Source: an uncultured Chloroflexia bacterium (GTDB lineage: Bacteria; Chloroflexota; Limnocylindria; QHBO01). From it: a stretch of 64,000 nt of DNA. The stretch's first letter is position 1; the number at the start of each line of letters is the position of its first letter. The translations under genes were made by a program, and so were the position numbers. Of this stretch, positions 21,194 to 31,007 are shown in pieces. The notes under the pieces are model-generated. The model did no database searches, was not told the DNA's origin, and worked only from the letters and a program-made list of their open reading frames with translations. The stretch is taken from NCBI GenBank assembly GCA_963782015.1, contig CAWAHY010000004.1, positions 596,633 through 660,632 on the forward strand. Reading direction: 5' to 3'.

Positions 21194-22425
21194 GTGTTCT
21201 ACCTGCAGCGCGGCCAGGTGCCGCACAAGCGCCACACCCAGTTCCGCAAGCCCGACGGAGGCCTGTACGCCGAGGAGCTGTTCGGCGTCGAGGGCTTCTC
21301 CGGCAAGGCGAGCCTCCTGTACCACCACACGCCGCCGACCCAGACTCACCGCATCGAGAAGGTACGCGACGTCGCGCTGGAGCCCTGGACCGATGACGAG
21401 GCCGGCCCCCACCGCCACCACCTCATCAACTCCGCGGCGGTCCCGGTCGCCGGTGACGCGGTGAGCGGACGCCTCCCGCTCTTCTACAACGCCGACGTGA
21501 CCTTCGGCGTGGTCCGCCCCGCCTCCGCAATGGACCACTTCTACCGCAACGGCGAGATGGACGAGATGTACTACGTCCACGAAGGACACGGGACGCTGGA
21601 GACGGTCTTCGGGCCGATCGAGTACGGCCCCGGCGACTACCTGGTGATCCCCATCGGGACGACCTACCGCGTCGTCCCGGGCGCCGACGAGCAGCGGATG
21701 CTCTGGCTGGAGTGCCCGTCGCACATCGAGCCGCCGAAGCGCTACCGCAACGAGTACGGCCAGATGCTCGAGCACGCGCCGTACTGCGAGCGCGACATCC
21801 GGCCGCCGGCCGAGATGGCGGCGCACACCGAGACGGGCGACTTCGTGGTCGAGGTCAAGAAGGGCGGGAAGCTGACCGCCTACCACTACGCCTTCCACCC
21901 GTTCGACCTGGTCGGCTGGGACGGCTACCTGTACCCGTTCGCCTTCAACATCGCCGACTTCGAGCCGATCACCGGGCGCGTCCACCAGCCGCCGCCGGTG
22001 CACCTCACCTTCCAGCCGCGCAACTTCGTCGTCTGCTCGTTCGTGCCGCGCAAGTTCGACTACCACCCGCTCGCCATCCCGGCGCCGTACAACCACTCGC
22101 AACATCAATCAGCGACGAGGTCATCTACTACGTGGCCGGCAACTTCATGAGCCGTCGCGGGGTGGAGATCAGCTCGTTCACCGTCCACCCCGCCGGGATC
22201 CCGCACGGCCCGCATCCCGGGACGGTCGAGGCGAGCATCGGCAAGGAGGCGACCGAGGAGCTGGCGGTCATGATCGACACGTTCCATCCGCTGCGGCTCA
22301 CCCGTCAGGCGGGCGAGCTCGACGACCCTCGCTATCCGTTCTCCTGGCTCCCCCCGACCGATGCCGATGCCGCCGCCCACGCCGCCGAGCTTGCCGACCG
22401 CGGCCCGGAAGCCTTCCCCGATTGA
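21194..22425 (+). pseudogene. hmgA: homogentisate 1,2-dioxygenase; two closely spaced frame disruptions as sequenced
   Basis: ORF 21194..22150 supplies about 300 aa up to PAPYNHS. The tail of ORF 21712..22425 supplies DEVIYYVAGNFMSRRGVEISSFTVHPAGIPHGPHPG... Reading tcg[c]aacatcaat[c]agc with the two bracketed bases (22100 and 22110) removed gives a continuous NHSNINSDEV. Confidence 0.8.
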
Positions 22426-22436
22426 CTCGACCACAG

Positions 22437-23009
22437 GTGGACCGATGGACCCTTGGGCTGCTGATCCTTCTCACCGGCTGCGCCTCCCCGGCGGCCAGCG
22501 TCATCCCGTCCCAGGCTGCCTCACACGAATCGTCGCCGTCACCCGGAGCGTCCACCGCGCTGCCGGCGCTGGATGCCTTCCCCGATGGATTCGCCACCGA
22601 GTACGTCACCATCGGCCATCCCCCACACCAGGATGGGGAGCTGCTGACCGAGACGGTGGATTTCTGGAAGGGCGGCGGCTCGCTCCCCATCGGATCGGGC
22701 GAGCTCTCGTTCACCGAGAACCGCGTGGCGGGTGCGGTGGTGACGTGTGGCGGCGAGGAGGTCCAGGACCCGAACCTCGACACCTCGGACCAGTCCGATC
22801 CCAAGGGTCAGCTGCTGGGAACCATCGGTGACGCTGCGATCCTGCTCCAGCCGGATCATCAGGTGGGCGTATTTCCCCAGACCGGCGACACCGAACCGAC
22901 CTGCTGGGAGCAGACCGGGACCTACACGGTGACCTTCACCACTGGCCCAACGCCCGGCATCAAGTCGGGCAGGTATCTCCTCACCCTGAGCAATCTCACC
23001 CTCGAATGA
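22437..23009 (+). CDS. putative lipoprotein, hypothetical
   Basis: ORF 22422..23009 (TTG). I prefer the GTG at 22437, which gives VDRWTLGLLILLTGC with a lipobox. No recognisable family. Confidence 0.55.
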   Translation: MDRWTLGLLILLTGCASPAASVIPSQAASHESSPSPGASTALPALDAFPDGFATEYVTIGHPPHQDGELLTETVDFWKGGGSLPIGSGELSFTENRVAGAVVTCGGEEVQDPNLDTSDQSDPKGQLLGTIGDAAILLQPDHQVGVFPQTGDTEPTCWEQTGTYTVTFTTGPTPGIKSGRYLLTLSNLTLE

Positions 23010-23034
23010 GGTTGTCAGAGCGGGCCGCGACCGC

Positions 23035-23514
23035 GTGATCCTCTACTTCATGCGCCACGGCGAGGCGGACCACGCCGATGCGGGAGGCAGCGACGAGGGG
23101 CGCGCCCTCACCGAGGAGGGGACCACCGCGCTGCGGGTTGCGGCCCCCCTCTGGCGGCGCCTGTCGCTCCGCCCCGACGCGGTCATCACCTCGCCACTGG
23201 TGCGCGCCCGTCAGTCCGCGGAGCTGCTGGTCCTGGCCCTGGAGCTGCCACGGCCTCCAGTCGTCGACGAGCGACTCCGGCCGGGCGCCGCGTGGGCGGA
23301 CCTGGCCCAGGCGATGGCCAAGCACCCCGACGCCCGGCGCGTGATGTTCGTCGGCCACGAGCCCGACCTCTCGAACGCCGCACGGTTGCTGACCGGGGCC
23401 GCCGCCATCCGGCTGCGCAAGGGGGGCATCGCCTGCGTCGAGTTCCCCGGCGTCCCCGAGCCGGGGAGCGGCGAGCTGGCCTGGCTGCTCGACCCCGACC
23501 TGTACACCGCGTGA
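23035..23514 (+). CDS. sixA: phosphohistidine phosphatase SixA (histidine phosphatase superfamily)
   Basis: ORF 23035..23514 with an N-terminal RHG motif (LYFMRHGEA), plus SPLVRARQSAE and VGHEPDL. Confidence 0.75.
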   Translation: MILYFMRHGEADHADAGGSDEGRALTEEGTTALRVAAPLWRRLSLRPDAVITSPLVRARQSAELLVLALELPRPPVVDERLRPGAAWADLAQAMAKHPDARRVMFVGHEPDLSNAARLLTGAAAIRLRKGGIACVEFPGVPEPGSGELAWLLDPDLYTA

Positions 23515-23957
23515 GCGGTTCGGACCCGGCGCGTAGCGTCACCCGCGTTGCCGCCTACGCGCTGTGCGTTGAGGACGGCCGCCTGCTGCTCTGCCGCCTT
23601 GCTCCGGGGGAGCTGGCGGTTGGTCACTGGACGCTCCCGGGCGGCGGCCTCGACTTCGGAGAGGCGCCGGCCGACGGGGCGCTCCGTGAACTGGGGGAGG
23701 AGACCGGCCTGACCGGAGTGATCATCGGCCTGGCCGACGTGCTCTCCTGGTCGAAGCGCTGGGTGCATGCCGCCGACGGAGTCGATGAGGCGTTCCACGC
23801 CATCCAGATCGTGTACCGGGTCCGCATCACGGGAGGCCGGCTCCGCGACGAGGTGGACGGCTCGACCGATGCCGTGCGCTGGTTCTCCCCCGACGAGCTC
23901 CCGGCTCTCCCGCTCGTCGACCTGGCGCGGGAGGGGGCTCGGCTGGCCTTCGGCTGA
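23511..23957 (+). CDS. NUDIX hydrolase
   Basis: The GTG at 23511 overlaps the sixA stop (GTGA). It lies in the frame of ORF 23292..23957. Nudix box: LPGGGLDFGEAPADGALRELGEETGL. Confidence 0.75.
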   Translation: MSGSDPARSVTRVAAYALCVEDGRLLLCRLAPGELAVGHWTLPGGGLDFGEAPADGALRELGEETGLTGVIIGLADVLSWSKRWVHAADGVDEAFHAIQIVYRVRITGGRLRDEVDGSTDAVRWFSPDELPALPLVDLAREGARLAFG

Positions 23958-23964
23958 GCGGTCC

Positions 23965-23970
23965 TATACT
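23965..23970 (+). promoter_or_regulatory. -10 box TATACT, 6 nt upstream of GTG 23977 (leaderless-type)
   Basis: TATACT at 23965-23970, cgggcc spacer, GTG at 23977. Confidence 0.45.
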
Positions 23971-23976
23971 CGGGCC

Positions 23977-24393
23977 GTGGCCGATCCGCGCCTCGAGTTG
24001 CACAGCCTGGTCATCTGCGACCACGCCATCACCGCGCAGGACGGGAAGATCAGCGCCATCGGCATCTTCGGCCAGATCACGGTGAGCCGGCTGCCATCGG
24101 TCCATGGCCGGTTCTTCATCGTCGCCGTCCTGGAGGCCGATCCGGGGACCTATCAGCTGACCCTCCACGTGGTCGCGCCCTCCGGCCAGCCGATGCTCGC
24201 CCGTCCCCCGACGATGCGGCTGGATGTGCCCCCCAACACCACCACCGCGAACATCGTGGCGGACCTGAAGGGGCTCCAGGTGCGAGAGCTGGGACGGCAT
24301 CGGATCGAGCTGCGGTCCGGCGACCGCGTCCTCGGCACGACCCCGTTCAACGTCAACCTGGCCTGGAACCAGCCGCAGCCCGGAAACGCGTAG
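23977..24393 (+). CDS. hypothetical protein (small beta-rich family, tentatively DUF6941-like)
   Basis: GTG 23977, in the frame of ORF 23767..24393. The translation VADPRLELHSLVICDHAITAQDGKISAIGIFGQI...RIELRSGDRVLGTTPFNV looks like a real protein. The family name comes from memory only. Confidence 0.5.
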   Translation: MADPRLELHSLVICDHAITAQDGKISAIGIFGQITVSRLPSVHGRFFIVAVLEADPGTYQLTLHVVAPSGQPMLARPPTMRLDVPPNTTTANIVADLKGLQVRELGRHRIELRSGDRVLGTTPFNVNLAWNQPQPGNA

Positions 24394-24411
24394 CGACCCA
24401 GGAGGTCATCC

Positions 24412-24795
24412 ATGCTCACCGATCGCCGAGTCCACGCCACCATCCCCGCCAGCGACCTCGGCCGCGCGCGCAAGTGGTACGCCGACAAGCTCGGCTTCGA
24501 GCCGGTTCGTCAGCTGCCGGGCGGGCTGATGTACGACGCAGCCGATACGACCCGTTTCGTCATCTACCCGTCACCCAACGCGGGGAAGTCACCCAACACC
24601 TGTATGGGCTTTGCCACCGATGACATCGACGCGGAGGTCCGCGAGCTGAAGGCACGCGGCGTCGTCTTCGAGGAGTACGACTACCCGACCCTCAAGACCG
24701 TGGACGGGATCGCCACGGTCGGCCCGACCCGCAGCGCCTGGTTCCGGGATTCAGAGGGCAACATCATCGGCGTGGTGCAGCTGCCAGCGCCGTAG
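24412..24795 (+). CDS. VOC/glyoxalase family protein
   Basis: ORF 24412..24795, with AGGAGG 7 nt upstream of the ATG. It has a glyoxalase-like fold signature (ARKWYADKLGFEP..., AWFRDSEGNIIGV). Confidence 0.7.
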   Translation: MLTDRRVHATIPASDLGRARKWYADKLGFEPVRQLPGGLMYDAADTTRFVIYPSPNAGKSPNTCMGFATDDIDAEVRELKARGVVFEEYDYPTLKTVDGIATVGPTRSAWFRDSEGNIIGVVQLPAP

Positions 24796-24889
24796 TCGCG
24801 GCGAGCCTCACGTTACGGGCCCCCCTGCGTTTCACCTCCCAGAACACGTACCGAGACACGCCGCATGGCTCTCCCACCTCCCGCGCCCG

Positions 24890-25661
24890 ATGACGTCCCC
24901 GGTCATCGCGGTCCACACCACCGGCATCTTCTGCCGCAGCGGCTGCCCCGCTCCAGCCCCGCTCCCGCAGAACCGGGAGATCCTGGCCTCGGCCGGTGTC
25001 GCCCTCTTCTCGGGCTATCGCCCATGCCTGCGCTGCACGCCACTCACCGGCCTCGCGCTGACCGACACCACCCTTCGCAGGGCGGCGCTCCTGCGACCCG
25101 TGCTCGCCGCCGCGCGCCGCACGCGGCGGCGACGCTCCGGTGCCCGCGCCATCGTCACGACCCTGCATCAGCACGCCGCTGGGACCGATGCTGGCCGGCG
25201 CAACGGACGACGGCATCTGCCTCGCCGAGTTCGCCGACCGCCGGATGCTGCCCACCCAGCTGGCGACCCTGCAGCACCGCCTGGGACTCCCCATCGTCGC
25301 CGGCCGGCATCCCCACCTGGATCGGCTCGAGGCGCAGCTCGACGAGTACTTCGCCGGCACGCGCCGATCGTTCGACGTCCAGCTGGTCGCGCCGGGCAGC
25401 CCGTTCCAGGAGCGCACCTGGGCCGAGCTGCGGCGCCTCGCGCCCGGCAGCACGGTGAGCTACGAGGAGCTGGCGCTGCGCGTCGGCCGGCCGCAAGCCC
25501 AGCGCGCGGTCGGCACCGCCAACGGGGCCAATCGGATCGCGGTCGTGATCCCGTGCCACCGGGTCGTGCGCAAGAGCGGGGAGACGGGCAACTACGGCGG
25601 CGGGCGCTGGCGCAAGGAATGGCTGCTGGCGCATGAGGCGGCAGCCGCCGCACCGGCCTAG
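24890..25661 (+). pseudogene. Ada zinc-binding domain fused to methylated-DNA-protein-cysteine methyltransferase (MGMT/Ogt); one frame disruption as sequenced
   Basis: ORF 24890 supplies the N-terminus with the Cys cluster TTGIFCRSGCPA...GYRPCLRC. ORF 25140..25661 supplies ISTPLGPMLAG... and the active site IPCHRVV. Removing c25166 (ctg[c]atc) joins the two. Confidence 0.8.
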
Positions 25662-26440
25662 CGGCTGAGGTCGGTCCCCATGGCGTGGTAGCCGCCGTCG
25701 ACGTGGATCAGCTCGCCCGATGTCATCGTCGACCAGTCGGAGAGCAGGAAGCAGCACATCTGCCCGACCGCGGTCGCATCGGTCATGGTCCAGCCCAGCG
25801 GTGCTCGCCTGGTCCAGGTGTCGGAGATCTTGTCGAAGCCGGGGATGCTCTTGCCGGCCATCGTCCGGATCGGGCCGGCCGAGACGGCGTTGACGCGGAT
25901 GCCGTGCTCGCCCAGGTCCCGCGCCAGGTAGCGGGTGACCGCCTCGAGGCCGGCCTTGGCGACGCCCATCCAGTCATAGATCGGCCAGGCGAAGCGCCCG
26001 TCGAACGTGAGCGTCACGAGTGAGGCGTGCCCCGCCGCCTTCATCGGCTCCAGCAGGCCCACGGCCAGCGCTTTGAGCGAGAAGGCCGATGTCTGGAAGC
26101 CGAAGGCGACGCTCTCCCAGGGGGTGTTCAGGAAGTTGCCGCCGAGGGCATCGTCCGGCATGTAGCCGATGGCGTGGAGGACTCCGTCGACCTTCCCCCA
26201 GCGGCGCATCACCTCGGCGCTCACCGCCTCGAGGTGCTCCGGGTTGTTGATGTCCAGCTCGAGCACGTCCGGGGTGGTCGGCAGCCTCCTGGCGACCCGC
26301 TCGGTGAGGCGCAGCCCGCGCCCCACACCGGTCAGCAGGATCTCGGCGCCCGCCTCCTGCGCAACCTTGGCCACGCTGAAGGCAATGCTGTCGTCGGTGA
26401 GGACGCCGGTGATGAGCAGCTTCTTGCCGTCGAGCAACAT
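25658..26440 (-). CDS. fabI: enoyl-[acyl-carrier-protein] reductase (NADH), FabI/InhA type
   Basis: ORF 25658..26440: LLDGKKLLITGV...SIAFSVAK, YDWMGVAKAGLEAVTRYLA, GIRVNAVSAGPIRT. Confidence 0.85.
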   Translation of the reverse strand: MLLDGKKLLITGVLTDDSIAFSVAKVAQEAGAEILLTGVGRGLRLTERVARRLPTTPDVLELDINNPEHLEAVSAEVMRRWGKVDGVLHAIGYMPDDALGGNFLNTPWESVAFGFQTSAFSLKALAVGLLEPMKAAGHASLVTLTFDGRFAWPIYDWMGVAKAGLEAVTRYLARDLGEHGIRVNAVSAGPIRTMAGKSIPGFDKISDTWTRRAPLGWTMTDATAVGQMCCFLLSDWSTMTSGELIHVDGGYHAMGTDLSR

Positions 26441-26486
26441 GGGGGCGATTGTACCGGGCGGCCCGACTCACGCGATACTTCGCCTC

Positions 26487-26954
26487 ATGACCACCACCAT
26501 TGGCGAGCTCTTTCGGCACAACCGATGGGCGAACGAACGACTCCTGGAGGCCTGCCGCGACCTGACCAACGAGCAGCGGGCAACCTCGGTCGAGGGGACG
26601 TACGGCGAGCTGGGCTACACGCTGATCCACATCGTGCGCGGGGAGAGCTTCTACGTGGCTCTGCTCACCGGCTGGGAGCCCCCGGTCCGCTGGGAGATCC
26701 CTGGTCCGTGGCCGGGGATCGACGTTCTGCTCGAGCGGTCGCGATTTACGGGAGACCGGCTGACCGAGGTCGCCGAGCAGGCGAATCCGGACGCCCTGGT
26801 CGACCGGGGGGATGAGCAGGTTCCGACATCGGTTGTCCTGGTGCAGGCGATCAACCACGCGACCGAGCACCGAGCCCACGCCGCGACCATCCTGACCCAC
26901 CTCGGCATCGCGCCGCCGCCACTGGACGGCTGGACCTTTGGCGGGTTCGATTGA
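26487..26954 (+). CDS. DinB family protein
   Basis: ATG 26487 in the frame of ORF 26169..26954, with GATACT 7 nt upstream. Motifs: FRHNRWANERLL, TLIHIVRGE, INHATEHRAHAATIL. Confidence 0.75.
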   Translation: MTTTIGELFRHNRWANERLLEACRDLTNEQRATSVEGTYGELGYTLIHIVRGESFYVALLTGWEPPVRWEIPGPWPGIDVLLERSRFTGDRLTEVAEQANPDALVDRGDEQVPTSVVLVQAINHATEHRAHAATILTHLGIAPPPLDGWTFGGFD

Positions 26955-26961
26955 TGATCCG

Positions 26962-27424
26962 ATGATGGTCCATCTCTACGATTACGAGGTCCCGATCGCC
27001 GAGGCCGAGGCCGGCATCCCGAACCTCCGTGACGTCCTCGCAGAGCTGAGCGACGACGACCGCAAAGCGCTGCTCGGCGGCCTCTTCAAGCAGGAGCGCA
27101 TGCCCGGCACCATGGAACGGCTCTCGACGCTGGTCACCGACCTCGACGCCAGCTTCGCCGACCTGCTGACCGTGATCGACAACGTCGGCGCGACCACGGC
27201 GCTTCGTGGCGATCGACGAGGCGAAGGCGGTCCTGGACCGATACCTCCCGCCCACCGCCATCGCCGGCACCCACGACTGGGACGTGGCCCGCCTCCACGA
27301 GCCGTACGGCGACGGCACCTACCACGGCAAGCTCCTGAAGCGGGTGCGCAAGCAGCTGCGCTCGGTCGGCAGCCGGGAGGCGCTCACGACGCCCTTCCTA
27401 CTCCGCCGCGAGTGGGGTCGCTGA
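26962..27424 (+). pseudogene. hypothetical protein; probable frame disruption as sequenced
   Basis: The protein-like N-terminal part (MMVHLYDYEVPIAEAEAGIPNLRDVLAEL...) is in ORF 26938..27432. The protein-like C-terminal part (VAIDEAKAVLDRYLPPTAIAGTHDWDV...) is in ORF 27206..27424. The junction is near 27199-27206. Alternatively these are two separate small genes. Confidence 0.45.
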
Positions 27425-27428
27425 GCCG

Positions 27429-27569
27429 ATGAGCCGTCGCTCGCCGCGCCGCGGCCGCCCCTACCAGCCCCTGCCCGAGCGCCACGTCAACTGGGGTGCG
27501 CGGCTGACGGTGATCTTCGTGGCGTTCATCCTGGTCGCCGGCTTCGCGATCCTCACCTTCGCCCGCTAG
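27429..27569 (+). CDS. small membrane protein, 46 aa (not in the ORF track)
   Basis: ATG 27429 lies 5 nt after the preceding stop, and the ORF ends at TAG 27567-27569. Translation: MSRRSPRRGRPYQPLPERHVNWGARLTVIFVAFILVAGFAILTFAR, a basic N-terminus plus one TM helix. Third codon positions are almost all G/C. Confidence 0.45.
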   Translation: MSRRSPRRGRPYQPLPERHVNWGARLTVIFVAFILVAGFAILTFAR

Positions 27570-27583
27570 AGGCTCTGCAGCCG

Positions 27584-27726
27584 CGTACGCTCAGCGTGCG
27601 CAGCCGCGAACATGCGGCCCTGGGACGCGCGCGGCGCTGCTGACTTGAGCGTGAGCGGAGCATGAATGTGCCGTCACGCACCCTGGATCGGGCGGAAGTT
27701 GCCGGCTACGTACGCTGAGCGTACGT
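27584..27726. repeat. nested inverted repeats in an orphan intergenic region
   Basis: The 14-mer CGTACGCTCAGCGT (27584-27597) recurs as its exact reverse complement ACGCTGAGCGTACG (27712-27725). The second copy lies inside a local 8 bp stem / 3 nt loop hairpin ACGTACGC-tga-GCGTACGT (27708-27726). GCAGCCGCG is directly repeated at 27577 and 27600. Confidence 0.6.
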
Positions 27727-27742
27727 CATTCCGGGCCACCGG

Positions 27743-28186
27743 TCAGTCCAGGACGAGCGGCTTGACGGTCATCACCTCGTCGACGCGCCCCTCCCACTCG
27801 GAGCGCGGCGCGTCGCAGTACAGCTCGATCTCGTTGCCATCTGGGTCCGCGGTATAGAGCGATCGGCTCACCCCATGGTCCACGGCGCCCTTCAGCAGCC
27901 CACGCTCGGTGAGGAGCGCATGCGCGTGACGCACCGCGTCCCAGTCGGCGAGCTGGACCGCCACGTGGTAGAGCCCCACGGCGGCGGGGACCGGCGACGG
28001 AGCCTGCTGACCGACTCGCAACAGCGCCAGGTCGTGATGGTTCTCGCCCCCGGTCGAGAGGAAGATCATCACGTTGCTCAGCTCGCTGACGACCTGGAAT
28101 CCGAGCAGGTCGCGGTAGAAGGCGAGCGATCGGTCAAGGTCGCGGACCTTGAGCACGACATGACCGATACGGAGCGGCTGCAGCAC
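27743..28186 (-). CDS. VOC (glyoxalase/extradiol dioxygenase) family protein, paralogue of 20598..21083
   Basis: ORF 27743..28186; shared motifs are listed under the feature at 20598. Confidence 0.8.
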   Translation of the reverse strand: MLQPLRIGHVVLKVRDLDRSLAFYRDLLGFQVVSELSNVMIFLSTGGENHHDLALLRVGQQAPSPVPAAVGLYHVAVQLADWDAVRHAHALLTERGLLKGAVDHGVSRSLYTADPDGNEIELYCDAPRSEWEGRVDEVMTVKPLVLD

Positions 28187-28242
28187 CGCGGGATGCTACC
28201 AGCCGGGCGCGTCCGGCCAGTGGGGTCGGTCAGTGGGGTTGG

Positions 28243-28875
28243 TCAGCCTCCGAAGTGAACGGTGACGCTCACCACGCCGCGTGAGAGGGCGGAGTCGGTG
28301 ATCGCCGCCCATGCCTCGGGCGAGAGGTCCGCCACGCGCTGGCGTGACGTCCCCCAGTAGCAGCCGCAGTAGTCGACCACCGGCAGCACCACGCAGCGGT
28401 CGGCGCAGACCGTCACGGACCAGGCGGCGGGAGGTGAGTCGTAGTGACCGCCGAGCGCACCGGGGAGCGCGACCACGGCCTGGCCGCGCCAGCCCTTGGA
28501 GCAGCAGTACCAGGTCGCCTTGCCGCTCACCACCGTGCCCGCGAGCGGTTGCGGACCGACCTTGGCGCTGCGGTGGCGGGCGTACATCGAGACCTGCATC
28601 GGCGCGGTCGGCGGGTCCGCGAGGGCAGGGTTCTGGCCGAGGGTCTCCGGCCCGATCGGCGCGGCGACCAGGGCGAGGGAGAGTGCCGCGGATCGTTCGC
28701 GTCCGGCCGCGACGGTGCGATCGGCCGCGTTGATCGGCTGGTCGGCGGCCGCGAGCAGGCGCTGCGACTCCACCGAGACGGGTGTGGCTGATCGGGTGGC
28801 GAATGGGGCCAGCAGGCCGACGGCGACGGCGCTGACCAGGGTCAGCACTGCGACACGGCGCAGGAGGTCCGGCAA
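28243..28875 (-). CDS. secreted Cys-rich protein with an RlpA-like double-psi beta-barrel-type C-terminal domain (tentative)
   Basis: ORF 28243..28998. I prefer the TTG at 28875, which has GAGGA 5 nt upstream. That start gives the signal-like MPDLLRRVAVLTLVSAVAVGLLAP. The C-terminus reads GKATWYCC...VVLPVVDYCGCYW...RVADLSPEAWAAI. Confidence 0.5.
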   Translation of the reverse strand: MPDLLRRVAVLTLVSAVAVGLLAPFATRSATPVSVESQRLLAAADQPINAADRTVAAGRERSAALSLALVAAPIGPETLGQNPALADPPTAPMQVSMYARHRSAKVGPQPLAGTVVSGKATWYCCSKGWRGQAVVALPGALGGHYDSPPAAWSVTVCADRCVVLPVVDYCGCYWGTSRQRVADLSPEAWAAITDSALSRGVVSVTVHFGG

Positions 28876-29012
28876 TAGAATCCTCGTACTAGCGGTCTTG
28901 GGGCACACGTCCGACCGCTGGAGGCCGCCACGGCGAACCGTCACGGTCGCCTCGGAACGATGGCTCACCCTACCATATTCGAGCCCGCAGCACGTCATCG
29001 GAGGTGGCCGAA

Positions 29013-29783
<771 letters not shown>

Positions 29784-29874
29784 CGGTGGTAGCTGTAGCG
29801 CTGCTGGTTCGCGTTGGACCTGAGCCGGCAGGGACTTCCGGCGCGGTCAATAGCGCAAGCGAGCGCGAGCGCGA

Positions 29875-29951
29875 TGGCGGGCCCGACCGGATTCGAACCG
29901 GCGATCTCCAGCGTGACAGGCTGGCATGTTGGGCCGCTACACCACGGGCCC
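29875..29951 (-). tRNA. tRNA-Asp (anticodon GTC), CCA encoded
   Basis: The reverse complement reads GGGCCCGTGGTGTAGCGGCCCAACATGCCAGCCTGTCACGCTGGAGATCGCCGGTTCGAATCCGGTCGGGCCCGCCA. It has a 7 bp acceptor stem GGGCCCG/CGGGCCC, anticodon stem CCAGC/GCTGG with loop CTGTCAC, and a T-arm GCCGG-TTCGAAT-CCGGT. Confidence 0.9.
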
Positions 29952-29970
29952 GCGGGAGCGACGGTGGCGG

Positions 29971-29976
29971 AGTATA
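29971..29976 (-). promoter_or_regulatory. -10 box TATACT upstream of tRNA-Asp
   Basis: The plus strand has agtata at 29971-29976 (TATACT on the minus strand), 19 nt upstream of the mature tRNA 5' end at 29951. Confidence 0.45.
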
Positions 29977-29995
29977 GCAGGGGTGCCCGACGGCC

Positions 29996-30445
29996 CTAGA
30001 TCGGCCCCTTTCGGGCACCGATGATGGCGGCGGTGGTGGCTCCGTAGGCGATCGTCGCGGCCCCAAGGCCGATGGCGGCCGGCAGCATCACCACGATCGG
30101 GGCGGTCCCCGAGGCGATGCTCACCAGGGCCGCGACGGCAAACCCGAAGGAGAGCGTGGCCATCGTGGCCGCCAGCACGACCGCCGCCGTCGGGGCGACG
30201 CCGACCCCACGGCGCAGCGCGGCCGCGATCAGCAGGTGGACCACGCCGAGAAGGACGATGGCGGTGCCGAGCGCGACGGCTGCCCCGCCGACGGCCGGCG
30301 CGTCGATGATCGCCTCGGGCGGCAGCTGGTCGCTGATCAGGTGTGGATTCAGCCAGCCGACAGCCGAGGCTGCAGCCCCGAGCAGGCAGAGGACGACGCC
30401 GGCGGCGACCAGGATCGCGATCGACAGCCCCGGCGGGCGCGCCAT
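29996..30445 (-). CDS. hypothetical membrane protein (about 4 TM)
   Basis: ORF 29996..30610. I prefer the internal ATG at 30445 (MARPPGLSIAILVAAGVVLCLLG...) because the upstream part is Arg/Gly junk. It is in tandem with a similar-sized membrane protein gene. Confidence 0.5.
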   Translation of the reverse strand: MARPPGLSIAILVAAGVVLCLLGAAASAVGWLNPHLISDQLPPEAIIDAPAVGGAAVALGTAIVLLGVVHLLIAAALRRGVGVAPTAAVVLAATMATLSFGFAVAALVSIASGTAPIVVMLPAAIGLGAATIAYGATTAAIIGARKGPI

Positions 30446-30462
30446 TCGCGCGCGGAGGCGGG

Positions 30463-30954
30463 CTAGCGCCGCAGGCGCGCGAGGACGACGGTCGCGCCGC
30501 CGAAAGCCACGAAGGCCACGCCCAGCGAGACGAGGAGGACCATGTCCCGACGCGCGGGGCCCATCACCAGCACGAAGCCCGCCGCGGCAAGCACTGCCGC
30601 GATCGCGCACGCGGCTGCGGCGAGCGGGCGGCTACGGGGCAGATCGGCGAGGAGTGCCCCCGCGGTGGCGACGATGACGAGCCCGAGCACCAGCAGCGCG
30701 ATGCCGCTCAGGACCTGACTCATGCCGAGCTCGCTGACGTTGGGCGGTGGCGTCGTCCCGGCGTAGCTGGTGGGAAGCGTCAGTCCGCCGACCGTCATGG
30801 CCACGGCGGCGATGAAGATGGCCATCCCGCCGATCGCTGCCACGACCGTCGCCGCCGCTCCGCGCTCGCCCAGGTGATCTGGCGCGAGCGAATGAGAGCG
30901 GTGCCTGGGCGCAACGCTGCGGGGCGCGGGCTTCGTGACCTTTGGACTAACCAC
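30463..30954 (-). CDS. hypothetical membrane protein (about 4 TM)
   Basis: ORF 30463..31074. I prefer the GTG at 30954, which has TACAAT 8 nt upstream. The body is hydrophobic (AAIGGMAIFIAAVAMTVGGL..., GIALLVLGLVIVATAGALL...). Confidence 0.5.
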   Translation of the reverse strand: MVSPKVTKPAPRSVAPRHRSHSLAPDHLGERGAAATVVAAIGGMAIFIAAVAMTVGGLTLPTSYAGTTPPPNVSELGMSQVLSGIALLVLGLVIVATAGALLADLPRSRPLAAAACAIAAVLAAAGFVLVMGPARRDMVLLVSLGVAFVAFGGATVVLARLRR

Positions 30955-30962
30955 GGGCCCGG

Positions 30963-31000
30963 ATTGTAGGGGACCGGTCCGCGGGGCACCACCGTATACT
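30963..31000. promoter_or_regulatory. back-to-back divergent -10 boxes serving two leaderless-type starts
   Basis: The plus strand has attgta at 30963-30968 (TACAAT on the minus strand), 8 nt from GTG 30954. TATACT at 30995-31000 on the plus strand lies 7 nt from GTG 31008. Confidence 0.45.
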
Positions 31001-31007
31001 CCGGCCC

